64,000 bases of DNA from Eledone cirrhosa (taxonomy: Eukaryota), in assembly GCA_964016885.1 (NCBI GenBank), contig OZ024740.1, positions 243,102,001-243,166,000 on the forward strand. The letters run 5' to 3'. Shown here one piece after another: positions 39,185 to 52,204 of this stretch (position 1 is the first letter of the stretch; every line of letters begins with the position of its first letter). The position numbers and the translations under genes are program-made. A model generated the notes under the pieces. The model was not told the DNA's origin. It did not search any database and worked only from the letters and a program-made list of their open reading frames with translations.

Positions 39185-39611
39185 AGACTCAGACGCTCCC
39201 GCGTCTTGCGACGCATGAGGCAATCATAGTGTTCCACCGTGTTCAGTCAGCAGCCAGTTGCACAGCGTCCCGCCATTGTCTGTTTGTCGCTCGCAGGTCC
39301 CTCTCACCTGTCTGGTGCCAGTTCATTTTGGGTCGCCCTCTTCGTCTACTTCCCTGTGGATTCCATTTAAGTACTTGGTTTGCCAGTCTCTCCGGGGAAA
39401 ATCTCAAAGCGTGCCCAAACCAGCCCAGGCGTCGCTTGCAGATGGCAGAAGAGACCAGCTGCTGGTTGGTGCGGTTCCTGACTTCCTAGTTTGTTACATG
39501 GTCACTCCATTTAATCCCCAGGATCTTTTGCAGACACCTGGAATCGAATGCGTCCAACTTCTTCTCTTGGCTGGTCTTAAGGTGCCATGTTTCACTTCCG
39601 TACAAGAGTGT
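39185..39611 (-). mobile_element. RTE-clade LINE 3' end (third family)
   Basis: Minus-strand translation RRLGWFGHALR..WNPQGSRRRGRPKMNW. Short (ctgagt) tail, possible gtaat TSD. Confidence 0.8.
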
Positions 39612-39861
39612 GTAATGTTTTACAGTTATTGATATCTAAGTTACAGTGAGATAGGTTTATTTCTTAGTTAAAATCAGCTACTTCATTACATGAAAATTTC
39701 AAAGAATTAGAAAAGAATGAAAGTGAGGAAACAGATGAAACCTATTTTAAATAATTTGATGACCAATTTAGTAAGTTCCAATTAAATGATAATAAGAAGA
39801 TAAATATTTATAGATGCAGAGTGTCATCCAGAATGTTTGATAATAAGAAAACAAGTATTAC

Positions 39862-39954
39862 CATTTCCTCTAATTCTCCATTTGGCAGTCTCATAATGCT
39901 TGTCTGATCGTTTATAAATGTTACCAATTCTACAACATCAAGATGTCCACCATA
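39862..39954 (-). CDS. Host gene internal exon, thioredoxin/PDI-like protein (YGGHLDVVELVTFINDQTSIMRLPNGELEEM)
   Basis: Polypyrimidine + ttgcAG acceptor, GTaata donor, 93 bp, phase 0-0. Resembles the Y.G.RD...LV.FIN.....R...G.L end of PDI a' domains. Confidence 0.75.
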
Positions 39955-40179
39955 CTGCAATTGGAAAAATGAACAAATAAAATAGCCCACAATTATAACC
40001 ATAACATAATTATAATAGATAGATAGACAAACAAGACAGATATATAAGACAAACAAGAGAGAAGAGACACGATAGATGAGTGGTAAGGCGACTGGGGAGA
40101 CATTTGGATGGGTGAATAAGGTCCAATAGCAGTGTATGGCTTGTACAAACAATGATTACTGAATTCAATGCTAATATAA

Positions 40180-40362
40180 TCGTTTCTATTTTTGGCACAA
40201 GGCCAGCAATTACCCCAGTGCATTACTGGTGCTTTATTTTATCGACCCCGTAAGGATGAAAGGAGAAGTTAACCTCGGCGGGTTTTGAACTCAGAACATA
40301 AAGGGACATAACTCTATGCTGCAAAGTAAGGTGTCTGACACTCTACTGATACTGCCAATCCA
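40180..40362 (-). mobile_element. SINE S1
   Basis: Reverse-complement S1 body. Confidence 0.9.
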
Positions 40363-40906
40363 ACACTCTGGGGCCAATCCACTGCCCTTTAATGGAGTGT
40401 ATTTATAGTTCAATATGAGAAATTCAATAACATTTACTCATTTCACATGAAGATTGCATCCAGTGAGAATTTCCCAGTATGAAATAATCTGTTGCAGTAG
40501 ATAAATCACACCCCATTGTGCTTATAATATTTTGGCTCCAGCTTTTGACCCAGTAACTATATTTAGCTAAAATAATTACAATCATTACAAAGTCCCTTAA
40601 CCATAGATATAGCAATGTATTTCTATAATCTATGTTGGAACAAACAGAGCAACCTGTGCTTTTAAATTATAACTTCCGATTAAGTGACAAAATAATGGGA
40701 ATTAGATTACAACCAAATGATAAACAGACATATGCTTGGCTCATGTAGGGTGCAGGAAAATAAGTGAGATGTAGTCTCCTAGCCTACTGTGTGGTCAGTA
40801 CTTCCACTTTGAGAACCAACCCAGTCAGCTGGTGATCTGTCCAGCGTTTGCTAGCTTGGGAAAGCAGATATTAAATGATGATCATCATTCTCTCTCTCTC
40901 TCCGTG

Positions 40907-40961
<55 letters not shown>

Positions 40962-41309
40962 GGAGGCACATGGCTTAGTGGTTAGAGCATTGGCCTTGCA
41001 ATCGAAATGTTGTGAGTTCAATTCTCAGACCGGGTGATGTGTTGTTTCTTTGAGCAAGACACTTTAGTTCACCTTGCTCCAGTTTACTCAGCTGTAGAAA
41101 TGAGATGATAGGGGCTGGGGTCCCTATCATTCCACTGCAAAGTGGTCGTGTAGGTGCCACGGCAAAAAAGCACCCAGCACTCACTGTAAATGAGGTTGGT
41201 GTTAGGAAGGGCATCCAGCTGTAGAAATCAAGCCAGAACCAGTTCCCATCCCACCCTTGCAAGCAGGGAAAAAGCGGACGTAAAATGAAATGATGATGAT
41301 GATGATGAT
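40962..41309 (+). mobile_element. Chimeric tRNA-headed SINE with RTE-derived tail (family S2)
   Basis: Box A tggcttagtgg, box B gagttcaattc, core, hairpin atgataggg..ccctatcat, A1 3'UTR segment, A2 terminus, (GAT)n. Confidence 0.85.
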
Positions 41310-44209
41310 ATATATGCATACCATCACAAGCATGTTTTTATAGCAAAATTGAGTTATAATTAAGCAGTCATGTTTGTTACCATGTGTGATGTTATATTTG
41401 TTTACAATGCTAATATTCATATAGGCTACATAATGACATGACCAACCTATCCTACAGAAAGAAGTGGTTTTGGTATTCATGCTTTACCAAAACAGTGTAA
41501 GTAGTTCGCAAACCATTGCAGTCTTTGCAAAATAAAATTGAGAATATATTCCAATACTTGTTATTCAAAACATGTTATAAGTACATCTTTTCTTGAGGCT
41601 AGTTTTAAATGTAGAAATGGCAGTTGAAAACCATTAGAATATTAGAATATTACATTTTGGTTCTCACTTCTTTCAAAAGAGTAGCGACTCTACAGAGAAC
41701 ATGGCCAAATCACAAGGAACCAGGTTGGTAAACTTCAAAATATGATTTTGGAAGATTAGAACAGTATCTAGTTGTTATTCCTTTGTTGGATCATAGAGAG
41801 TTGGGCAGAGAAAAGAGAAGTCTAAAACAAAGGTGACTCAGTATAATAAAGAATATAACTGGATGGGATGTTAACTGCTAGTAAGGACAGAATAGAGAAA
41901 GAATATTAGAATGATCTTAGTTGATGGATGAATTGATTCAGCATAGTAGACAGAACTATTCATCCATAATTTATCATAATTGGGTTTTTCCCGGTCAAGA
42001 GCTTTCTCATACCTTATAATTATCATAGAGGGATTATTTCAAAAGCAACCAACTATTTTTTCTAAATACTAATATTTTTCATGCATGACCTATTCGTGCA
42101 ACAAGTTTACTTTGGTGCAATAAACATCACTACAAGTATGCAACAACAATCAATACAATGAGATGTTATGTAAACACTGTCCTTATTTAGACAAATATAG
42201 CCATTATAATTATATTATTCCTTCAATTATGAACACAACTTTGTTTCTGCATCTACAGATCTGTGTGCATTTATTAGCTTGTACATCCATATAAGCATAC
42301 ATTTAATGATACTGAAAGTTACTTTTATGAAAGCAATTATATAGTTTCTTTTTTTAACTATCTTCAAAATTAGAAACAGAACATATACAGCACACTAAAT
42401 CATTCTTTTGCAACCCAATTGAAAAAGAAAAAGAAAACTGATTAAATTCTAGTAACACTATATAGGTTACAGAAATATTATTTCCATATCAAGACAATCT
42501 CATCCAAGTTTCCCAACACTTCCCATATCATAGTAATTTTGCAGTTGAATTTTCTTTAAAAAATAGATACAAATTTAATTACCTGTTAAAAATAAAAAAA
42601 AATAAAATCTCAGCTGTAAAAGTTTATAATTTATCATTTTACATGGACAGATAAAAAGTTGACACAGCTTTTATGAGGTCACTGAAAAGTTGTAATTTTC
42701 CTTTTTCCTTTTTTTTTTTATTAATATGTCAATAGAATAGGAGATTGGCAGTTCAAATCCATCCAAGAAAAACTTTGTTTTCTTTCATCTCTCTAGAATC
42801 AATTATATCCCGACCACCACTCTACAACAAATTGGTGGCCTTGTGCCAAAGTTTGAAATCATTAAATATCAATAGAAATTAAATCACTAGTTGCCTTCAA
42901 TATTTAGAATTAAAGAGACAGCATATCTAATAGAATTTAACATTAAATTTCGGAGATATAATGTATAATTTCATTAGTATTATTATTATTAATATTAGAC
43001 TAGTGGATTGCAGAATCAGTAAATGATCTAAGAAAAAGCTCTACTGTATTTAGTTATGCCCTTTATTTAACAATCTAAATCAAACCTCACTGAGAGATTA
43101 ACTTTTCATTTTATTCTTCCAGGGTCAAATAAGTCAAATAAGTTGATTTCATTGACTATACTCTCTCCAGAACATTTGTGGCCTTGTGCCAATATGAAAA
43201 AAATCATTATTTTGCGTAATGTTTATTGGTTATTCAACTAACTTCATATATGAACTTAACCTTATATAATGCCTGCATAAATGGTTTCATTATGCAATAC
43301 AGATGTTTTACATTGATAAAATACCTCTGTATTATAGCAAGATAAGTAGAATGTTGTGGCATTCATGCATTTCCCAAGATCATCAGCATTGTTGGTGAAT
43401 TTTTCTAACTTGAACCTGAGACTATATCAGACTTAATTTACAGTAGGTACACATCATTCCCTAACCTAGACCATTACACACTAGGAATCCTAGAGCCCTC
43501 ATTGACACCCAGGTTTATTTAAAAATATCAATAAACAAAAGATAAAATAAATAATCAATAGAAATCAGCAACCTATATAAATTGTATATTATCATCAGGC
43601 CCAAAGTTCAATTGATCCCTACCCCCATGGATAACCACATAATATTTCCCTGTTGAAGCTATAAATATTAACCATTTTAGAGACTCCTGCACTAGCACCT
43701 TCATTGGTCAAAAAGGCCAAGAAACTACACTCAGAAAGTTCCTTATCCAGGAAAGGTTTGTTTGCTTTAATGGAAGACTAGCAGTCACCTTTATTTTGAA
43801 GTCTCCTCTCTACATAGCATCGACTTTGTCCAAAGGAAAGGCAAAGTCCGATACAGCTTGCCATCAGTGACATTGCAGGTTAACTCAAAAGACAAAGGCT
43901 CAAAAGAGATATTGCAAGACATCACTTCTAATATTCTAACAATCCATCACCTTGGCTAGTATTTTATGTAGCAGCTTCAAAGGATGAAAGGCAAAGTTGA
44001 TGTTAGAAAGACTTGAACTCAGAGCTAAGTATTTTAATCTGAGGCTCTAATATGTCTGTTAATTCAAATGGTTTAACACCATACTATGTGTAATACTAAA
44101 CTGTAATGTAAATGTAATTTAAAGAGAACTTCATGACAAAATTCCAAATTTTCATGATTGTGTAATATCGCTTCTTGCTCTTCAAATGAATGTCCAAATA
44201 TATATATCC

Positions 44210-44740
44210 ACTTCTTTGCCCACTATTCTTGGAAGGGTCGTGGGGGTAGAGTCTTCAAGTACTCCTTCCAGTGGGTCCTGTCAAAAGCAACTGTCTCCAA
44301 TTGATCCAGCTGAATCCCCAAGCGAGACCAGATGAGCTCATGGAGGTTATCTAACTATCTTGCTCGGGGTCTACCCTTGAGTCTCCTGATGATCAGTTTT
44401 GCAGTAATTTATTCCTGAGACATTCTAACCACATGCCCAAGTATGGAAGCTGTGATCTCTCAATTCAGAGAAGTAGCAGATCTACCTGAAGCAACTCTCC
44501 GTTCTACATACTCTATTGGGTAACATTACAAAGACCCTTCAGAGGACCCCAATTTCACCCACTTGTATTCACGCTCATATTCTTTCAGTCATTAACCAAG
44601 ATTCATGTCTATAGGTAAATTTTGGCACGAATACTGAATTGAAGATAGAGAGTTTGGCTTTTACACCTACCTCCCTTCTTCTGATGACACAATGCTAAAG
44701 TTGGTGCATTACTGCACTAACTCTTGCAATTCTTGCCACA
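44210..44740 (-). mobile_element. RTE family B 3' fragment
   Basis: Reverse complement homologous to 12750-13290. Confidence 0.8.
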
Positions 44741-45558
44741 TCATTTAACAGCTAAAGAAAAAACTGCTTGAAATTCACAGCAGAGCTGTTCTGCTAGAGA
44801 ACAGGTCACAGGTGATGGATAGTGATATGGCCACCTGATATGATGGTTAGTTGCAATATAAAAGGGCCCCTGCTGAACAAATAAGTGATTCCTAACCAAC
44901 AGTGGTAAACTACTAGAGGAGATGGAGCAGTGGGTAATACTGTTAGCTCCCAAGAAAATTCTCACAACCCAGTGATATAGATACGACAAGTAGAGTAAAG
45001 GCCACCTCTAAAAAATCAGTTTCTACTTCAATTGTTATTTATCTTAGATTGCCTATTTCTATTCTATTTCTTTTTCCCCACTGGCATAAAGTATGAAAAA
45101 ATTTTCAAAATTAATAGAACAAATCTTCCAAAGTTTTACTTTTGTTATTTTCAACATTAAATCCAAGATGTGTGTGAATTTTTCAGTAAAATTTTTTACT
45201 ACTTAACCCAACACTTTTCTATCCTTCCAATTTCTGAATCCTTAATTTAAGGGAAATTTCAGGATTTCATGGAGACATCTAAGGATTCCAAGAGGAAATT
45301 GCTTTTAGGTTGAAAAATGATCATTATTAAATCTGTTTTGCAAGATTTATTTCCCTTAATGTTGATTTTTAATGATAATTTTAAATTATATAAAGTTGTT
45401 AAGGTTATTCAATAAACTGTTGTACACAAGACTAATCTCTTTTTCAATTATATTGGAGGTGAATTAGGATGGTGAACGTAGTAAAAGGTTAAAAAACACT
45501 GTTGTAGTTTGCCAAAGCTCATTCATCAAAAGATTGTCATATAGCATAGCTTACTTAC

Positions 45559-45625
45559 ACGCTTTCTAGAATTCTTGTTTTCAATTGAATACCAGTAGAG
45601 TCCAGGGTATTTTCGAAGTGCAAAA
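45559..45625 (-). CDS. Host gene internal exon, thioredoxin-fold C-terminal half (FALRKYPGLYWYSIENKNSRKR)
   Basis: tttcAG acceptor, GTaagt donor, 67 bp ending in phase 0. Joins in frame to 39954, giving YPGLYWY..RYGG, like the cis-Pro YPTL.FF..Y.G motif. Confidence 0.75.
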
Positions 45626-47039
45626 CTGAAATGGAATACATTTTAAATATTGATAAATTTTAATGTTAATAATATATAATGATTTCTTTTATTTCAACAG
45701 GGATTCATATTAATGTGTTATAAAGTTACCATAACCTCTGTACACATGTGTATATATATATACAAATAAAAATTTCCATATTCTCCATTAATGATCTTTT
45801 TTAGACTAACTTAAACTAGGAAAGAATGTTAAAATGTACCCAGTACACTCTGTAAAATGGCTGGTGTTAAGAAGTGCAACCAACTGTAGAAACCCTACCA
45901 AAATGGAATGTTGAGTGAGACATGGTCCATGACCCATCTAGGACAATAGATCTTATCAAGTACTAACTAAAAAACAGTCATGACTTAAATACATTTGATC
46001 ATAGTTCCTCTCAATTAAGGTTGATTTAGAGCTAAACAATGACATAACAACAGTGACTGAACAGAAATGAATAGAATACGATCCACTGTTTACTAAGACT
46101 GAGTAAAATAATTAACAGGATAGCAAAATATTGGGTCAATGAACACAAAGAAAATATTTATGCTGACATGACTTTGTAATGTGAATAGATAAAACAGAGC
46201 AAGGAAGGTTTTGGAAAATATTGTCAGAGTAGATCTAAAATAAGGACAAGAAAGATGCAAATGGAGAAGAATTTCATTAGGGTCAAATTATTTGGATTGG
46301 CTTTCTGTGCCTTCTCCAAGTCTATGAGAAAATTCAGTTCTACATTATTATTTATATTTTTCAAAGGGTGGTGGATTGACAGAATTGGTAGAGCATTGGA
46401 TAAAATATCATTGCAGTATTTGTTTTGGCTCTTTAGATTCTTTACAAACAGTAGGACACCAAAGTAAATGTTCTACAGCAGTTACACTACCAAATTTCAG
46501 CCAGCCTGAATCAACTTTGTCTATCATCTTTTTTTTTCTTGTTTAATAAAATAAGAATGAGGAATATACTGAAGTGGAGCCAATTTAATCCACTATATTC
46601 TTCCTATAAATATTTGGGATATGCAGCACTGTGGTAAATCATTATCAATATAATTTCCTCTCTGTAGATTGGCAGAATATCAGATAGAATGTGTTACAGC
46701 ATTTAGTTACATTCTTTCCCATTCTGAGTTCAAATTCCACCAGGATTGACTTTGGCGCCCATCCTTTCAGGGTTGATAAAATAAGTACTGTTCAAATACT
46801 GGGGCTTATATAATCGACTGTCCTCTCTCCACAAAATTTGTATATCATTTCAGAGAACTCCACTCTTGAGAGAGTCAATATTTATTATTAGTTTCCATGA
46901 CACTAAGTGGAAGGAATTCCAGCCTGTCACAAGAAATAACTCACTCTACCTCTTCTATCATTACTACAGTGGTCTCTGTGTTAATTGTATTTATTATTAG
47001 TGTTTATATTGTCATTCTGAAGGAATACGTGAATGTAAA

Positions 47040-47465
47040 CAAAAACCTCTATATGTTGTAAGGAGAGCGAAAATAATAAGTAGTGACAATATATTGATAA
47101 GACAGTAAGCATGCGCATACACATACACCAAATCCGAACACAGAGGAGCCGAACTCCCACTGTCATCACCTCCATCTCTCTCACCCTCCCCATCTCTCAC
47201 TATAATGAACAAATGGGCTCCCACGTGCTGGCCGCCCATGGCCTTGGCGGACAGAATGGAGAAGGCATTTCCCCGGAGGATGGTAAAGGTGATGCATAGG
47301 AAGAACCATTCCATCTCACGAGGCTCACAACTGCGGCTCACCAGCTCAGCACCTATGGGGGTAAGTAGAGAGGTAGCCCTAGGGCCAAGGACACCAGAAG
47401 TCTCCACTACTTGGGGTTCGACTGCAAACCTGTCAGAGAGCAACCGATACTTGTGCTCCTCAAAG
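47040..47465 (-). mobile_element. CRE-like RLE element 3' end
   Basis: KYRLLSDRFAVEP.VVETSGVLGPRA..LRGNAFSIL plus a 3'UTR shared with 33590-33700. Confidence 0.82.
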
Positions 47466-49061
47466 CCAGCTGGTCTCATGTCATCTGGTTCACTTGTCTC
47501 ATATTTGGTCAACTCCACCCTACACTAAAGTCCCACTCTAACCACTTTTAGTCACTTTCTTACTAAAATGTCATCCTTTTGCAATTGTTCACAAATATCA
47601 ACTACATCAGATAAACCTCATTGGTCTTAAAGAGCCTGCTCTAAGGCCATAGACTAAGCACCAACCTCTAGATCAAATCATTAAGAATAACAAAAATGGA
47701 CTAAATTATCAAGCACTAAGTATCTCAGATATAAAGACACATTGTAATGCAGGTAATGGGAACTGAACCTCAGCACTCTCAACACCCTATATATTTCCAT
47801 GGATGGATAGTCTATATAATTACATACATCAATTACTTATTTAATAATTTATAAGTCAATTGATAATTAAAGTCCCATAACAATTAACATCAATCATAAA
47901 CTTAATTACTGTATAATTGATAATTGATAGCATGAAGAAAAACTTCATAGCAAGTACACAATTCCAGTTATATTTAATTTGAAGGGAACAAGATTATTCA
48001 TATATTAATTATAAAGACTGAAAAAATATATGAAAACAGAAAAAAACAGTAATTTCCTGTAATGTGTGATAATGTAAACAAAATAAAACTGGTAATGAAC
48101 ACACAAATTATTGTTACTGCCTCATGAAGTGTGTATGGTGACTAGTCATTATTGCTGCAGCTAACACCACCATCATCATGTCTGCTTTTCGATATTTGCA
48201 AGGGTTAGACAGGTCTACTAAACAAGATATTGCTACTGGTAACCTACTCTTCATCATCTCAGATATGAGATCCAACATTCAAGAGATCTAAATTCACCAC
48301 ATTTTCACATTCTTCAATTTGCCCAAAATATCTCTTATAGACAACATACAGCACTTTATCACCCAGCACTCATCACTCATTTATGACACATGTCTGTACC
48401 AACACTGACATCTCTCCCTCTATCTATCTCCCTATCTCTCTCCCACACACATTGACTAATGACTTTAATACCTGTCTTCCTTCTCATTTTGCATGTTGTT
48501 GTTGTTTAGCTCCCAGTTAGTACTGATTGAATATACCAATGATCAAAGGTATTTGTGCTTTGACTATCCTGTCTCTTATTTTTCAAATATAGTATAGTTA
48601 GGACTCATTATGTGTCCTTCCTTTTTAAAAAAAGTTATGGTATCATCTGAGAAAATTTCTATTTCTCAAATTACTATTTCTAAAAGATCAAGCATTCACA
48701 AAACGTCTTTCTCATTAACTTCTCTTCCTTGTATTTAATCTCTTATGCAGTTTGATATTACACATCTAATGGATTATGATAGATTCTTTTCTCTCCTACC
48801 TCCATAACTCTTCCACACTCTATGGCCATGTCTCCCTAACACTGAGCAGCACCAGTCTTAAACATGCATTCTAGTCCACCTTTCAAACATAGAGAAACAC
48901 TCTTTATCATATTACAAAACCTCATGCAGCCTACCTTATTCTATCTATCTAATATTAAACATTATAAACAAATATATATTTTGCTTCTACTTTCACTGGG
49001 TTCTAATGGCAATGGGGTTCCTCACTTTAACTTGCACATTAATCCATACAGCACTTATTTC

Positions 49062-50160
49062 ATATCATCACCTTTTAATGTCCATTTTCCACGCTAGCAT
49101 GGGTTAGACAAATTGTCCTATTGTGAGACAAGCCAGGTCAGATGACCATGTCTTGCTCATATAGAATGGATTTTGGTTAGGTTTCTATAGCTAAATGTCC
49201 TTCCTAATGCCAACCATATTTACATTGTGTACTGGATGCTTTTTGTCATGACACCTACACGACCACTTTACAGTGTGGACCAGGTACTGGGGACTTGGGT
49301 AAGGGAGATGCATGGACATTGGGAAGGTAGATCTAGGGATGTGGGTGGGGTGGGTGTTAGGACGTGGGTGGAGTATGGAAGGGGGGATGGAGAGGGAGGT
49401 GGTGCAGACCAGATGTATGCTTCAACCAGTGCACATGGTAAGGTAGGTCTTTTGTATTACAGCATAATGCCAGAGATCTTGGTCCTGCATCATTACCTTT
49501 AAGATGTGCAATTGTGTAAGGTCATCTTTTATCACCTCATCCAAAATTTTCCTAGGTCTTCCTAATCCATAACATCCAGCAAATTTGAGCGCTCTGCACC
49601 TTTTTATACAGCTGTCATCCTTCATACACATCACATGTCCATACCAATGCAATTTCCTATCCTGCACACTGCATCTAATCCCTCTTATGCCCAGTTTCTC
49701 TCATAGTTCCTTTATGCTTTCCCATTCATGAATATAACTACTACACATCCATCGAAGCATGCAAACTTAATTTCTTTTCAATCTTTGCAGGTCCTCTACA
49801 AACAGTTCCCAGGTCTCACTACCATGCAACATACAATCATCATACATGCATCATACAATCTGCCCTTCATTATGAGAGGAAAACCTTCATTATGAGAGGT
49901 AGACTTTGCCTTTCATCCTTACGGGGTCGATAAAATAAAGTACCAGTAATGCACTGGATAATTGCTGGCCTTGTGCCTAAAGTAGAAACAATTATGAGAG
50001 GAAAACCTTTTGTAGTTAGCAACGGTAGTAGCTCCCTGAACTTTCTCCATCCCATTATCAATCTAACCACTCTACTTTCAGACACCCTCCTCCATTGCTA
50101 ATTTGGTCACCCAGGTAATAAAAGCTATCTACTACTTCTACAGAACCCTCTAGGTATTTG
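49062..50160 (-). mobile_element. RTE A1 3' fragment with nested SINE
   Basis: FYYLGD, WRKFRELLPLL, WYGHV, 3'UTR. Confidence 0.85.
49900..49990 (+). mobile_element. 5'-truncated SINE S1
   Basis: 19-bp TSD attatgagaggaaaacctt (49869-49887 / 49991-50009). Confidence 0.9.
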
Positions 50161-50834
50161 AAGGAACTAGTATTCTGTGAGCTCTTGCTATATACTGCAC
50201 CATTATAATAACCATTGAAATACTTTGGTATTTATACTTTATATCATCATTCTTTTTCAGAATTATTGGCTCAATTGACTTACCAAAGGATCACATCTTT
50301 CTCCTGCACTCTAATATTTGGGATGGTTTCTATAATTAGATGTCTTTCTTAATGTAAACCACTTTACAGTTGGAAGCTAAATGTATTGTGTCTTGCCCAC
50401 CACACTCCTCTCTAACCCCCATCTACTACCTTGTGTGCCACCCTTACCATTCTCCACTCTATGTTCAATCATTGGTCATCTCTATCTTGCCCTTTATCAC
50501 TATCATTTCCTTTCCTCTTCACATACACCAATCTACTATTACTATTACACCTCTACCTATTACTATTATTACACCCATTATCATGAAGATGCCCATCACT
50601 AAGTATCATTATTGTGCCAGCCCCTTTATCACTACCTCCAGAATCCAGAAAATTCCACTGAAGGTCTTCAACTGGATTCTTTAGATTAGTGGATTTTATA
50701 TTTTAAAAAAAGTTTGACTATGTAGGACTAAACTGGGTGACAAATAACCACCATGGAGAAGGTTAAAGATTCAGTTAATTACACCTGAAAGAAAAGTGAA
50801 TGAAAACCACTGTGGTGGGATTATTAAGAGTTGA

Positions 50835-50869
<35 letters not shown>

Positions 50870-51053
50870 AAGAGAGAAGTTTGTCCAACATGGCCTCAGC
50901 CTGTCGGCTGGAATGAGTAATAGATTAATATAAAGGTGGGAAACAGAAAAAGAGAGATGTAAACATAAATAAGAGCTCTCAGTCTTTTCAGTAAAACCAC
51001 AGAGAATTTACAGGTAAAGATAATTTGCCACACACATACACACACACACACAT

Positions 51054-51399
51054 ATCATCATCATTTCATCATTTCATTTTATGTCCACTTTTCCCTGCTT
51101 GCAAGGGTGGGACGGGAACTGATTCTGGCTTGATTTCTACAGCTGGATACCCTTCCTAACACCAACCCCATTTACAGTGAGTGCTGGGTGCTTTTTTGCT
51201 GTGGCACCTCCACGACCACTTTACAGTGGAATGATAGGGATTCCAGTCCCTATAATCTCATTTCTACAGCTGAGTAAACTGGAGCAACATGAAATAAAGT
51301 GTCTTGCTCAAGGAAACAACACATCACCCGGTCTGAGAATTGAACTCACAACCTTTCGATTGCAAGGCCAATGCTCTAACCACTAAGCCATGTACCTCC
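51054..51399 (-). mobile_element. Chimeric SINE S2, second copy
   Basis: Reverse complement collinear with 40962-41309, including the same tail junction. Confidence 0.87.
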
Positions 51400-52204
51400 A
51401 TATATATAGAATAACTACATACATCAGAGACTATCTCAATAAGAACTCATAAATGAAAAGATATATACAAAAACATTTGGCTATTATTCACAATTGTGGT
51501 ACATGGATATATGTATATACAAAACAAAGAACCTGGTGAGAATACAAATACGTAGGAGAAAATAGTTTGTATCTAATCCAACTAGAATTGAAAACTCAAA
51601 AGAAAACATGTGAAGGAAAGAAGAAACTTCAAAGTTTCAAAGAGGAAAACTGTAGCTGATAATTGATGTGAGAATAGTTAGCATTTAAGCAGTGATTTGA
51701 CTTCTAGCCACAACCATTCTAACATAGCTTGCCATTTGCAAATTGTCCTTATCAGCACTTTGATACTCGGAGCTGTGAGGCAAATAACTAATTGGTTATG
51801 ACTAAATGGGGCCTGCCACAGAGAGCAAGGATAGGAGAAAGGGATTGTACAGATATTTTCAATGGTACTAAATCATTTACTGTTTTATACATGGACAGCA
51901 TGCCAGATTATCAACCAAGTAAGTATACTATCACCAGCATTGTGATAATTTTGAGAATGACACTTAACCCAGCCTAATTAGCTGTAAATAGAAGTCAAAA
52001 TTTGTTGGTAAGGCTCATCGTACTATAGTCAGTAGTAACATTGAAAATTAATTTGTTTTGTTAACTGAGTACAGTTCTTCTTTGAGTTTATGCAGATTCT
52101 CCCCAGAGAAAGAGATTGTATGTAGTTACTCAAACTGGAAGAAATAGCAGCCAAAACTCCTTCAGACAACACCCTAATTATTTGTTTAATAAAAGTTTGG
52201 GCTG

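Noticed and set aside
40962-41035. Functional tRNA gene
   Set aside because: No acceptor stem closure or terminator. It continues into a SINE body. The same applies to S1 heads.
43325-43415. Open minus-strand segment between AG and GT
   Set aside because: Weak acceptor, wrong phase to fit between the two host exons, no homology recognised.
50244-50290. Candidate upstream exon near the gtaagt donor at about 50280
   Set aside because: Phase is compatible but the peptide (TIPNIRVQEKDVIL) shows no thioredoxin similarity and the acceptor is weak.
50720-50805. Strong minus-strand splice acceptor
   Set aside because: All three frames hit stops within a few codons.
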